Source: Okamejei kenojei
Taxonomy: Eukaryota
NCBI GenBank assembly: GCA_035221665.1
Contig: CM069139.1
Location: 56,544,001-56,608,000, forward strand
DNA length: 64,000 bases
Direction of reading: 5' to 3'
Within the stretch, counting starts at the first letter, position 1; each line of letters starts with the position of its first letter. The notes under the pieces are model-generated. The model was not told the DNA's origin, did not search any database, and saw nothing but the letters and a program-made list of their open reading frames with translations. The translations under genes were made by a program, and so were the position numbers. This document shows, piece after piece, positions 1 to 11,703 of the stretch.

Positions 1-139
1 ACTTGCTGGGCTATGCCAGCATTTTGTGGTTTTGTTTCAGCTACTCAGAAACTCAGAGGGCCCTGCAATCTCAGATTGTAAGTAAACCTGTCAATGTTGC
101 ACCACATTACTTCCAACTATGCCGAGATAAACAACCTCA

Positions 140-315
140 TTTTAATGTTGGCACAAAGAACTGCAGATGCTGGTTTATACCTTGGATTGACACTAAGTAC
201 TTCCCCCGCCTCCCCACTTTCAGTCTGAAGAACGTTCCCAACCCGAAATGTCACCTATCCCTTTTCTCCAGAGACGCTGCCCGACCCCCTGAGTTACTCC
301 AGCACTTTGTGTCTA
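140..315 (+). mobile_element. Penelope-like terminal repeat (pLTR) fragment with degenerate hammerhead-like core
   Basis: CAGTCTGAAGAACG..ACCCGAAATGTCACCTATCC..GAGTTACTCCAGCAC is the same family as the repeat that follows the GIY-YIG coding fragments at 3.5 kb and 25 kb. Confidence 0.7.
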
Positions 316-1029
316 ACAACCTCATTTTAAAAACGATCGGCAACAAAACTAGACTTGACAAAGTTTCTGTGTTTCTGCCCCAAAAGAAAAGCAGTGTGCC
401 TGAAGTTATTTTCATGAGGAAGCCTCTAGTTTCTTGCCCAATGGAACAAATTCTACAACAGTCTGTTTCCTTATGCTGTAAGCAGGAAGTCAAAATTTAC
501 AAGCAATATATGTATAGACCTGGTAAATATCCACAGGATACATCTTTGAACCGCTCAACATTTAAATTTTCTGACAGCTGTTCCAGGATGGCATTATCAG
601 ATACTGTCCAAGGGTCACATGGAGAAAGTCGGCTGTTTAATTTGTGGACTAATGACACCATTGGGTTAACGGCACTACTTTGGAAACTATATGGTTTAAC
701 GGATGCTCTGGAATTCCTAACCCCGCTTTCCATTAGTTTGGCCAAATCTAATTTTGATTACTTTCCACCCAGCAGGAACGTTGTAAAATTGTCGAACAGG
801 CAGTCAACACTTTGCTACTTTGCTATACTATCACCCACTATTGAGAGAATTTCCATCCTTCCTTGTTGAAAAAAACAGTTGCCTTTCTGAATTCCCTGAC
901 ATAGGTTGATACATATCTTGATGGGTAAAACCTTTACATGATTTTTTTAAATGGTTTAATTATTGAGAAAAATAATGTTGTCAGAGGCAAAATAATGGAA
1001 TGGTCCCTGATTCATTATCTGAGCTCTCA

Positions 1030-1228
1030 AAATGTAGAAACGAGGAACTGCGGATGCTGGATAATATACAAAAGGACGCAAAGTGCTGGAGTAACTCAGC
1101 AGGTCAGGCAGCATCTCTGGAGAACATGGATAGGTGATGTTTCGGGTCTCGACTCAAAACGTCATCTATCTATGTTCTCCAGATATGCTGCCTGACCTGC
1201 TGAGTTACTCCAGCACTGTGTGTCCCTC
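1030..1228. mobile_element. Penelope pLTR inverted pair (foldback)
   Basis: GTGCTGGAGTAACTCAGCAGGTCAGGCAGCATCTCTGGAGAACATGGATAGGTGA is mirrored by TCATCTATCTATGTTCTCCAGATATGCTGCCTGACCTGCTGAGTTACTCCAGCAC. Confidence 0.75.
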
Positions 1229-1342
1229 TGAGCTCTCACTTGGAGTGATACATTGGACTCTATAAAAATCTAAAGACCTACATTATTTGCATCTCCTCAT
1301 CAAAATGCAGGAACAAACATTCCTCGACTGACCAAATAAAGT

Positions 1343-1702
1343 TCATAAGTTTATAGGAGTAGAATTAGGCCATTCGGTCCATCAAGTCTACTCCACCATT
1401 CAATCATGGCTGATCTATTTTACCCTCTCAACCCCATTCTCCAGCCTTCTCCCCATAACCCCTGACACCTGTACTAATCAAGAATCTGTCAATCTGCGCC
1501 TCAAAAATATAGAATGACTTTGCCTCCACAGCCATTTGTGACAATGAATTCCACAGATTCACCACCCTCTGACTAAAGAAATCCCTCCTCATCTCTTTTC
1601 TAAAGGTACATCCTTTTATTCTGAGGCTTTGGCCTATGGTCCCAGGCTCTCCCACTTGTGGAAACATCCTCTCCACATCCACTATCCAGGCTTTTCACTA
1701 TT
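1343..1702 (-). mobile_element. CR1 LINE 3' fragment
   Basis: ORF 1428-1682 (RRDFFSQRVVNLWNSL...GVRGYGEKAGEWG) is the CR1 ORF2 C-terminus, followed by the CR1 3' UTR. Confidence 0.9.
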
Positions 1703-2189
1703 CGGAAAGTATTATTTTCTGTGAATACTTTTCTGGTTATTCCTGTGTACCCAGTTGCATTTTATTGTCTATTCTCTGTTGCCCTGAAGCAATTTAATAT
1801 GATGGAGGGTTTGCTAGGCTACACCATTCTTGGTTGGAAATCACAGATATGCCAGCAAGGTTAAAGCTAAGGATTTCTTCCCTAAAAAATCTTTGTGATC
1901 CAGTTGGGATTTAAATAATCTGAAATTTGCATAATTTCCAGATATAAAACTAAACTACATTCTATTTAACATGCTGACATGTTGGGTTTGAATATAACAT
2001 CAGAAATCCAGGACCTTGGATTTCTCTTTCAGTAACATAATCACAAATGTTAGAATTCTGAAAAGGTTTGATTCTGTGCACCTCATACTTTGACCAGGTT
2101 TAAACTTTGGGTGAACGGAACTCACTGACTCTTCCCGACGAATTGTTTTATCAATTGCCAAAAATCCCCAAACCTTGTTGGTGGGAGAA

Positions 2190-2705
2190 TGCTTGGAGTA
2201 CTGTGTGTAGTCCTGGTCGCCCTGGAAAGTTATCTTTTATGTTGGGAAGGGAGCAGAAGAGATTCACCAGGATATTACATGGGCTTGAGAGCTTCAGTTC
2301 CAGAGATAGGTTGGATAGGCTGGGAGTTCTTTCTTTGGAGCGCAAGAGGGTGAGAGATGACCTATTGAGATGTACAAGATCATGTGAAACAAGGAAAGAG
2401 TGAACGCTCACAGTCAATTTTCCAGAGTACAGGATTCTACAACTCGAGGGCATAGGCTTAAGGTGCGAGGGGATGAATTTAAGAATGACCTCAGGGGAAA
2501 TCTTTTCATTCAGCGGGTAGTCCGTATCTGCCATCGGAAGCTCTAGAAGCAGATTCAATTATGACCGGCAAACGACATTTGCACTGATATATGGATAGGC
2601 AGGGTTTTGTGAGCTATGGACCAAATGTAGACAAATGGGATTAGCCCAGTATGTCTACTTGGTTGGCATGGACAATATGGGCCAAAGGGTCTGCTTCCGT
2701 GTGTA
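2190..2705 (+). mobile_element. Degenerate CR1 LINE 3' fragment
   Basis: Translation QKRFTRILHGLESFS..DRLDRLGVLSLERKRVRDDL matches the CR1 ORF2 C-terminal region; 3' UTR follows. Confidence 0.85.
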
Positions 2706-3162
2706 GATAGGCGACTCGAAGACAACTCAAATGATTGCATTTTTTTTAATGGTAGTAAGTGTCTTCAAATCATCCTGGTAAACCACCTCATAAATGAAGA
2801 ATGGGGTTTCTTTTATCCATTTACAGGACGTGGACATTTCCCTTGAGAAGTGGAAGTGAGTGAGCACAGCCCAAAACTATTCCAGTCCATCTGGTGAACT
2901 CCTCTGACAATGTATTGCATGTTTGCAGGCTGACAGTTCAGGAGCGATCATTTCATTCTTCCTTTAAGTGGGATATTGATTTGTTTTCACAGTATAACTT
3001 TGAAGTTATTACCTTGCTTACAACTGCAAGCCAAATTTTATTTGGGGCTTTCAGTCAAGCTCAATATATCTTCTTCAAATGCTCATGCTTTTACTATATG
3101 GCTCACAACTGTATGGCAAGTATAGCCTTATTATTATTCTCTGTAACAAATACTGTAGTATA

Positions 3163-5915
3163 CAGGGCTCTCACTTAACTTTTTTTCTCTGATTCCAGCC
3201 GGGCAACCTAGGCAGCTTTTTAGGTTGCCAAATAAAAATTTAGGTGGTCATTTAAGACGGCTTGCATGACGCGTGCGATAATGTGCTCAGGCGAAGTGCG
3301 TAGTTACCAGTCGGAATTATGCTCAATGAAGCATTCACATATTATTTCTGCTTCAAATAAAGTCACAAACTAAACATATTCACCAATCAAGACATGATAT
3401 ATACCACAATGACATGCAGCAAAATTATAATACAGTATCTCAACTCTTTTTACACGTTGCAATGAATGCAATGTCTATTATTTCTTTCCACTTCCAAACA
3501 AAAATGTGGTTGGATGATTAACCTCGGTGAGACCAAGCGCAGGCTTGGCAATCGCTTCGCACAACACCCTCTCAGTTCGCAATAACCAACCTGATCTCCC
3601 GGTGGCTCAACACTTCAACTCCCCTTCCCATTCCAACCTTTCTGTCCTGGGCCTTCTCCATGGCCAGAGTGAGGCCACTGCAAATTGGAGGACCAGCACC
3701 TCATATTTCGCTTGGGTAGTTTACACCCCAGCGGTATGAACATTGGCTTCTCTAATTTCAGGAAGTCCTTGCTTTCTCCCTCCTTCCCCTCCCTTTCCTA
3801 GCTCTCCCACAGCCTACTGTCTCCGCCTCTTCCTTTCTGTTTCCCGCCCCCACCCCCGGACATCAGTGTGAAGAAGGGTCTCGACCCGAAATGTCGCCTA
3901 TTCCTTCGCTCTATAGATGTTGCCTCACCCGCTGATTTTCTCCAGCTTTTTTGTCTATCACCCATTCACACAAGTTCTGTTATCCCACTTTCCTCACCCG
4001 CTCCCAACACATTAGGAGCAATTTTACAGAGACAAGTTAACCTACAAAGCCAATGTGTCTTTGGGATTTGGGAGGAAACTCACACACTTGCAGGGAGAAT
4101 GTGCAAATTCAACACAGACAGTGCCCGAGGACAGGATCGAACACAGATCTCTGGCGTATGAGGCAAAAAGTCTACCAGCTATATTTTGTTTTCCAACACA
4201 CAAACAATTATACTTTGGTTACAAAAAAAAATAAACTATCCATTTTCAGTCTTAAATCTCTAAGTGATGCTAATGTCCCCCTATACAGCTACTGTATGTT
4301 TTAATTCAGTTCAAGACTATTGGCCATAAAGCTGCTGCCTAAAAATGCCAGAGACCCGGAATTGATCCCGAATATGGGTGCTGTCTGAAGGAGTTTGCTT
4401 CTTTTCCCTTTGATCGCATGGGGTTTCTCCGGGTGCTCTTGTTTCCTTTCACATTCCAAAGGTGTGCAGGAACCTTTTTCAGACCCAACCCAAAAGGTAA
4501 TATTTTCCTTTTGTCCAGAGATTCTGTCTGACCTGTTGAGTTATTCCAGCTTTTTGTTTCTATCTTCAGTTTAAACCAGCATCTGCAATTCCTTCATACA
4601 CACGCGATACTATACGATAGAACTTTATTAATCTCAAGAGGAAAATTGTGTGTGTGTGTGTGGGTATATATATATTACACACACGCACATATATAAATAT
4701 ACACTGTTTTGATTTCTCGTTTATAACATTGTTTACAGAGTACTATGTTTACATATTCTGTTATGCTGCTGCAAGTAAGGATTTCATAGTTCTAACTGGG
4801 CCGTGAGAGAATAAAACACTCTTGACTTACGTCGCTAATGTGTGGGATAGAACTAGTGTACGGGTGATCGGTAGTCGGCGTAGTATCTGTGGGCCGAAGG
4901 GCCTGTTACCACGCTGTATCTTTAAATTAAACTAAAAACACTAAAACCAGAGGGAGTCTAAAGAAGGGTCTCTACCCGAAACGTCACCCAATTTCTTCTA
5001 TCCAGAGATGCTGGCTACTCCATGGAGTTCCCCCGCACAATTAAAGCATGGAATAGTCTTCACCCTACCATAGTTACCCAACCAGACACAACTATATTTA
5101 AGTTAGCTCTTTTTTTCCAAGAACCCTTTTTTGCTTAAGTCCAAGTCAAGAGTCAAGAGAGTTTTATTGTCATGTGTCCCAGATAGGACAATTAAATTCT
5201 TGCTTGCTGCAGCACAGAATATGTAAACATAATATGTAAACATAATACAGAACAGGAGATAAAAGTTCAGTGTGTCTATATACCATAGACCATATATATA
5301 CACAATAAATAAACAGATAAAGTGCAATAGGCTGCTATTGTTCAGAGTTTGGAGTTTGGTGGTGGATCCTCCAACACCTCCAGTTTAAATTCCATTTGGA
5401 ATATTTTTGGAGAACCAGGAAACCAAGAAGCAGTAGTTACTCTAGGGAGTTACTCCAGCTCCAGGGAGTGATTCTGCATTGGTTTTCAACGGTCGCGGGT
5501 AGGCGGAGACCGGACAGCAATGGCGACCTGATCTCCCACAATGCAAAGGGAGGGAGAAAGTGCCTGGCGCCGACCAGTTGCCGTGGCAGTGCACATGTAC
5601 AGGGCGGCCGATCACGGGCTGGCCGTGGTTGTGTGCATGCACAGGCCGTGGCAGTGCGCATCGGCAAGGCAGCTGGCCGTGCCGTCGGATGAAGAGCGGC
5701 TGGAGAGTGGAGAGGAGAGACCCGGTGTCCCGGACACGGATGGCGGGCAGAGACGCAGAGTGATAGAGAGAGAGGTAGAGAGGGGGCCTGCTCAGAGTTG
5801 AACGGCAGGTGTCCCGGGTGCTTGCCAAGCCGGGCAAAACGGCACGGCTTTTAGGTTGCCCGGCAGGACTTTAGATGGCCATTGGCACCTGGGCAACCGT
5901 TAATTCCGAGCCCTG
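3163..5915. mobile_element. Non-autonomous TIR DNA transposon (hAT-like ends, 6-bp TSD) with nested repeats
   Basis: Ends are CAGGGCTC...GAGCCCTG; AGTATA lies on both sides (3157-3162, 5916-5921); CCGGGCAACC/TTTTAGGTTGCC subterminal motifs occur at both ends; no transposase ORF. Confidence 0.7.
3520..3960 (+). mobile_element. Penelope-like element 3' end: GIY-YIG endonuclease C-terminus plus pLTR
   Basis: Frameshifted translation GETKRRLGNRF..SVRNNQPDLPVAQHFNSPSHS..LSVLGLLH..KLEDQHLIFRLGSLHPSGMN, then a pyrimidine tract and pLTR. Confidence 0.85.
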
Positions 5916-6129
5916 AGTATAAGATGAGCTATACTTAAAACTTCTATAAATAAAAATTAATTCTGGACTCTGACTTCTGGCCCACCTAAAATCATCTTCC
6001 ATCCTCTGCTGTTCAGACCAATACGGGTATATTTTTATGTATTCACTGTCCATTAGCTTTGAGGTCAGGCTATTCTAAGCTGACGATAAAGAATCCATTC
6101 CAACCAATGTCTTGAAAGTGGTTACTTTC

Positions 6130-6420
6130 ATATGTGTGCATCACTCTCCACTAACTGATATTGCTTGTGTTATTAAGCTGTCTTTCATGTGCGTGCATCA
6201 CTTTAACTAACTGATACTGCCTATTTTTAATGCCTGTCTTAAAGGTGTGTGCATTTCCTGTGTGTACCTTGCCCTTGCGCATTGCCTGCGTGTGCATTGC
6301 CCGGATGCGCAATGCCTGTGCGTGCAATGCCTGTGTGTGCAATGGCTGTGCGTGCAATGCCTATGCCTTTAATGTGTGTGCATCACTTAACTGCTTTTGC
6401 CTATTTTATTAAGCTGTCTT
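6130..6420. repeat. Degenerate minisatellite, 15-bp core GCAATGCCTGTGCGT
   Basis: At least 5 tandem 15-bp units at 6275-6370, within longer GTGTGCATCACTT repeats. Confidence 0.8.
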
Positions 6421-6637
6421 AATTCCATTCTCTGATACACTTACCCCACAAAAAATCTACCAATCCTAATGTTTGTTACTCCAATCCCCCCACCCCCAAA
6501 TCCTTGGCCTTCTTGTGGTAACAATTCCACTTTGCAAAAACATGCATTCTGGTTTCTGTCCTTTACAGGCTAAATTCAAGATTAGATTCTTAACTATATC
6601 TATTTAAAATACCGCCATCAAATCACATTTCAACATT

Positions 6638-6940
6638 GGGTGGCACAATGGCACAGTGGCTTGGCAGTAGATTTGCTGCCTTACAGCACCAGAGACCAGG
6701 GTTCAATCCTGACCATGGGTGCTGTCTGTATGGAGTTTGCATGTTCTCCCTGTGATCGCGTGGGTTTTCTCCAGGTGCTCTGGTTTCCTCTCACATTCCA
6801 AAGACATACAGGTTTGAGGATTAATTGCCTTCTGTAAATTGACCCTCGTGTATACGATAGCACTAGTAATTGCTGGTCGACATTGACTTGTTGGGCTGAA
6901 GGGCCTGTTTCCACGTTATATCACAAAAACTAAACCAAAA
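6638..6940 (+). mobile_element. tRNA-derived SINE (HE1/V-SINE type)
   Basis: A box TGGCACAGTGG, B box GGTTCAATCC, core GCTGTCTGTATGGAGTTTGCATGTTCTCCC, CR1-like tail GGGCTGAAGGGCCTGTTTCC. Confidence 0.85.
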
Positions 6941-7279
6941 TGTGAAGCTGGGGAGATGGCGAGAGCATCTCTAATATTGCCGGGTCTCTAGCATAACAGA
7001 GCAGCCCAGTGGCTCCGCAGTCAGTGCAATGGCCACACCGCTCCAGTAACTTGGGTTTGATCCTGGCCTTGCCTGCTGTCTGTGTGGAGTTTGCATGTTC
7101 TACTGTGACGGCACAGCTTTCTACTGGGTGCTCTGATTTCTTCTAGATCACAAACACATGCTGGCAACTTCTTTGAATGCAGAACTGGAAATTATTTATT
7201 CGTGTAGGCAAGTGCCATATATAATGAAAGGGGGAATTGATAGGGCTGCAAGACAGAATAAAGTGTAGTGCTACAGGCA

Positions 7280-7660
7280 ATTGCTTTGATAGTTTAGTCT
7301 ATTGTCATGTGTTGCAAGGTAAAGAGAAAAGCTGTTTTGTTGTGTGCTATCCAATTAGCGAAAATACTATACATGATTATAATCAAGCTGTCCATAGTGT
7401 ACACACACAGGATAAAGGAATAACGTTTAGTGCAAGGTAAAGTCCAGTAAAGTCCGATTAGAGATAGACAGAGAGTCTGCTCTCTAGTTGGTGATAGGAT
7501 GGTTCAGTTGCCTGTTAACAGCTGGGAAGAAACTCTCCCTGAATCTGGAGGTGTGCGTTTTCACACATCTGTGCCTCTTGCCTGATGAGAGAGGGGTCAA
7601 GAGGGAGTGACCGGGATAAGACTCGTCCTTGATTATGCTGGTGGCCTTGCCGAGGCATCA
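7280..7660 (-). mobile_element. Rex/Babar LINE 3' fragment
   Basis: Reverse complement contains TTCAGGGAGAGTTTCTTCCCAGCTGTTAACAGGCAACTGAAC (FRESFFPAVNRQLN), similar to the Rex ORF end at about 46910. Confidence 0.6.
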
Positions 7661-7789
7661 GGAACTCAGACACAGGAGGAATGGGACTGCTGGAATAATA
7701 CTCTGCCGGCTAATGATAACCAGAGTCAGTCAGGAAGGGATAGGGCACATAAACAGGTTCCCTCCAATTTAGGTCAGAGTAGGTAAAAA

Positions 7790-9720
7790 TGGTAAAACCA
7801 ACATTCTTTTTTTAAATGCATGCAATATTCATAAAGTGGCAAATTAATTAATGGTACATATTGAAATGAGTGGGGACAGTTCAATAGCCATCACTAAGCT
7901 ATGGTTTTAAAATGACCAAGGATGGAAATTACAGGTAGACAAAAATGCTGGAGAAACTCAGTGGGTGAGGCAACACCTCTGGAGCGAAGGAAATAGGCAA
8001 CATTTCGGGTCGAGACCCTTCTTCAGACTGATGTGAGGTGGGGGGGGCACGGGAAGAAGATAGGAAGAGCCGGAGACAGTGGACTGAGGGAGAGCTGGGG
8101 AGGGGATGAAAAAGCAGGGACTACCTGAAATTAGAGGTCAATGTTCATACCGCTGGGGTGTAAACTGCCCAAGCGAAATATGAGGTGTTGCTCCTCCAAT
8201 TTACGGTGGGCCTCACTCTGGCCATAAAATGGATGGAAATTAAATATTCCAGGGACAATAAACATTTAGATGAGATGGGTTAAGATGGAAAATACAGAAT
8301 AAAAGCAGTAGAGAAGAAAAAGATTAGCTTAGAAGTTCAAAAAGCAGGATCAGAGGTAGGTTGAGCTGAGAAACTGTAAGTTAGAAAACTTTGTTGGGAG
8401 TTATTAAGTGGTCGGTTGGGCAGAGGAATGGTGGATGGTGTTTAATGCAGAAAGTGTGCAAGGTGATACATTTTATGGTGAAACCAGGGCAGGAGCTTCC
8501 CAGTGAATAGCAGGGCCCTGGGGAGTGTTGTAGAGCAGAGGGTTCTAGGAATATAGACATAGTTCCTTGAAAGTGGTGTCACATAGGATGCTCGAGAGGC
8601 TTTCAGTTCATTGGCCTTCATCACTCGGGGTATTGAGTATAGAAGTTGTCGAGTATGTTACAGATATGCAAGACATGATGGGGCCACATAGTCTGAAGAA
8701 GGGTCTCGACCCGAAAGGTCACCTATCGATGTTCTCTAGAGATGCTGTCTGACCTGCTGAGTTACTCCGGCATTTTGTGCACCTTTGGAGTATTGTGCTC
8801 AGTTGTGGACACCCTGCTGTAGTAAGGATGTTGTTAAAATAGAATAAGTACAGAGAAGATTTACAAGGGTGGTACCAGGATCTGAGGGCCTGAGCTATAA
8901 GGAGTGGTTGGGTTGGTGAGGACTCTATTGCTTGGAGCACAGGAGAAATGAGGGGTGAGCAAAAGATCATAAGGAGAATAGATATGGTGAATGCACAGTC
9001 TTTTACCCAGAGTAGGAGAATCAAGAACGAGAGGACATGGGTTTAAGGTGAAGGGGAAAGATTAAATAGTAACCTGAGTAACGTTTTCACACGGAGGGTG
9101 GTGGGTATATGCAACGAGTGCTGCGGCTATAACAGTATTTAAACGATATTTGGACAGGTACATGGATAGGAAACGGTTCAGAGGGATACGAGTCAAAGAT
9201 GAGCAGATGCAACATCTTGGTTGGCATGGGCAAGTTGGGCCAAAACACTGTTTCCATGCTCTATGGCTCCATGATTGATTATTCGCAGGCCCTTGAATAA
9301 TTGTAGTAATGTAAAGTAAAATATACACAAGGAAATTAGAAGCACGTATGACAGTGGCACTATACTAATCATGAGAGACTTTAATCAACATTCAGACTGA
9401 GAAACCAAATTAGCTGCAATGGTGTGGAGGATGAATTCATGGAGTGTGGAAGAGATGGTTTTCCAGATCATTGTGTTGAAGAACCAATATTGTATAATGA
9501 GAAATGATTAATTAATAATCTGGTATTTAGGGGGCCTTAGGGAAGAGTTATCATAACGTGATTAAAATGTTATATAATTTTTTGTTTTTTGATAATTATA
9601 AATTTTAAATTGTTTTATATAAAGGATTGAATGTAAATTTAGTTCTGTCTCAAACCCAGATTCAAAATCTAATAAGCAAATTATTAATGCATGAGCATAA
9701 GTAAGCTGTAGGACATTCAG
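7790..9720 (+). mobile_element. Old degenerate CR1 (endonuclease region) interrupted by Penelope and younger CR1 fragments; resumes at about 14325
   Basis: LNACNIHK..IAITKLW is similar to CR1 LNARSIRNK..GITETW; 9330-9560 resembles KEIRNAC..GDFN..LGKSDHN; a younger CR1 lies at about 8400-9270 and a minus-strand Penelope at 7935-8225. Confidence 0.7.
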
Positions 9721-9729
9721 ATGCAGATG

Positions 9730-10920
9730 GGGGGCGGCGGGGGTGGGGGGGGGGGGGGGGGGGGGGGGGGGTGTTGGGGGGGGGGAGGTCGAAAACCAGA
9801 TGCAAGAACGCTGAGAGTTTTACATATTTCGGTAGCAATTTAACATGATTTCAGAAATCGACTCCTCTCTAAATTTGAGGAATTATTTCCCAGATTTTTA
9901 ATAAAGTTGTTCACAAAATGGACAGTTTAAAAAAAAATCAAACCACTGCAGCAGCTGCGGACGTCACAATGCCCTTGCTCGCGGCACCGCCCCCCCTCCC
10001 CCGCTCTCGATCAAAGCAGATGCTCTCAACGCGCAGGTGCACTTTCCAAAGCCCCTCCTCCCCCCCACACCACCCCCCACTCAGTCATTCTTTCGCCTCC
10101 TGCTTGTGGCTGCGGACCAAAAATCCAGAGGAGTAATGCCGCATCAGGCCTCCTACTCAATCGTGTGCCCCACGCAACAATAACAGCTGCTGCCGACCGG
10201 CTCTCCCCACCACCCCCCACCCTCCTCACCTTCCGTCCCTCTCTCCCTATCTCCTCTCTACCCTCACAGGGACCATCCCTCTCCGTGTCCCGCGGCCAAC
10301 GTCGCAAACGCTGGCGAAGTCAAGATCAGCTGGTCGTCCACATGCGTTGGCATGCTCAGAAAGAGCTCTATCTCTCCTCTTCTCTCTCTCTCCCCCCTTT
10401 GCTTCTCAATCGTCTCCGTGCCTCGCTCGATCTCCCGCGACCCTGCCCACCCCGCTGCCACTCCTCTGCCCCCTCTCCTCCCCGCCTCCCCCCCCACCCC
10501 TCTCCCTCCCCCCCTCCCTCTCCCCCCTCTCTCTACCCCCCTCTCTGCCCACACCCAGCCCTCAACACCCCCCTCCCCTCTCACCCGTCCACCCCCCCCT
10601 CCCCCCACCTCTCCCTCTCTCTACTCCACCCCTCCCATCTCTCTCTCCCCATCACCAGGCTCCCTCTCGCCCTTCTGTCTCTGCCTCTCTCTCTCCCCAT
10701 TCTCTCTCTGCCCTCACATTCTAACACCCCCCCCCTCTAGACACGCCTGCGAGTTATGGGGTAAAAGAAGCAAATTAATAATATTAATATAATATCAGGG
10801 GGGGTAGTTAGTGTGTGTGTGGGGGGTGGTTAGTGTGTGTGACGCCGCATGCCGCCCCGCAAACACACGTTGGGGGATCAGACCCAACGGATCTGCACTT
10901 GGTCTAGTATCTATTAAAAC

Positions 10921-10962
<42 letters not shown>

Positions 10963-11671
10963 TTTTGCATGTGAGACCTATCGCCTCGAAAGCCAGCCTA
11001 AACGGCAAAAATGTTTATATATTTCAGTAGCGATTTTCCTTGTGATTTTAGAAATCCACTCCTCTGTACATTTGGAACATTATTTTCCCGACATTTTTAA
11101 TTAAAATTGTTAATCAAACTGGACCTTTTTTGAAAAAATCTAGACCGCGCTGCCACGCGACATTACAATAACAGTGAGATTTTTTACATCTTCTGGTAAA
11201 AAAATTTTCTTATGCTCAAATTCCCAATCCCTCGTATATATTGGTCCATTTTTACCCAGATAATACCTAAAATTTATCACCAAACTTAAAAAATACTAAG
11301 ATTGCCAGCTGCTAACCACACAATGCCTGCCTTGGCCCCCCGCACTTTGGGAGAAATGCAGCTGCTGCGACGCACATCGCAGGTTTTCCACCAGGTTATT
11401 TAGCCCACTACCCACCCCCCCGATCGTTCAAAAGGTGTCAGAAAGATCGAGAACGTTCTGCAGAACAAAGAATCTACAGCTCACTCTCCGGGAGGCCCGA
11501 TCATCTGTCCCCCCTGCCCGGCCTGGCTCCTGTCACGTTGGGCGGAAGCGCACGATCGTTGGTCCTCCCCGCTGCTTTCACCGTCCTAGATTTGCTCTGT
11601 GCTCACTGGGGCTGCGCCCCGCACCTCACTCCAATCCTCCCACTTTCCCCCCTCTCTCTCTCCACTCCCCT

Positions 11672-11703
<32 letters not shown>

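Noticed and set aside
3-869. 288-aa plus-strand ORF
   Set aside because: No ATG start, it runs through a Penelope pLTR (140-315), and it has no recognisable domain or convincing splice sites; probably a chance ORF, although 560-860 could be constrained non-coding DNA.
5396-5837. CpG-rich overlapping ORFs suggesting a promoter or first exon
   Set aside because: They lie within the right arm of the TIR element ending at 5915.
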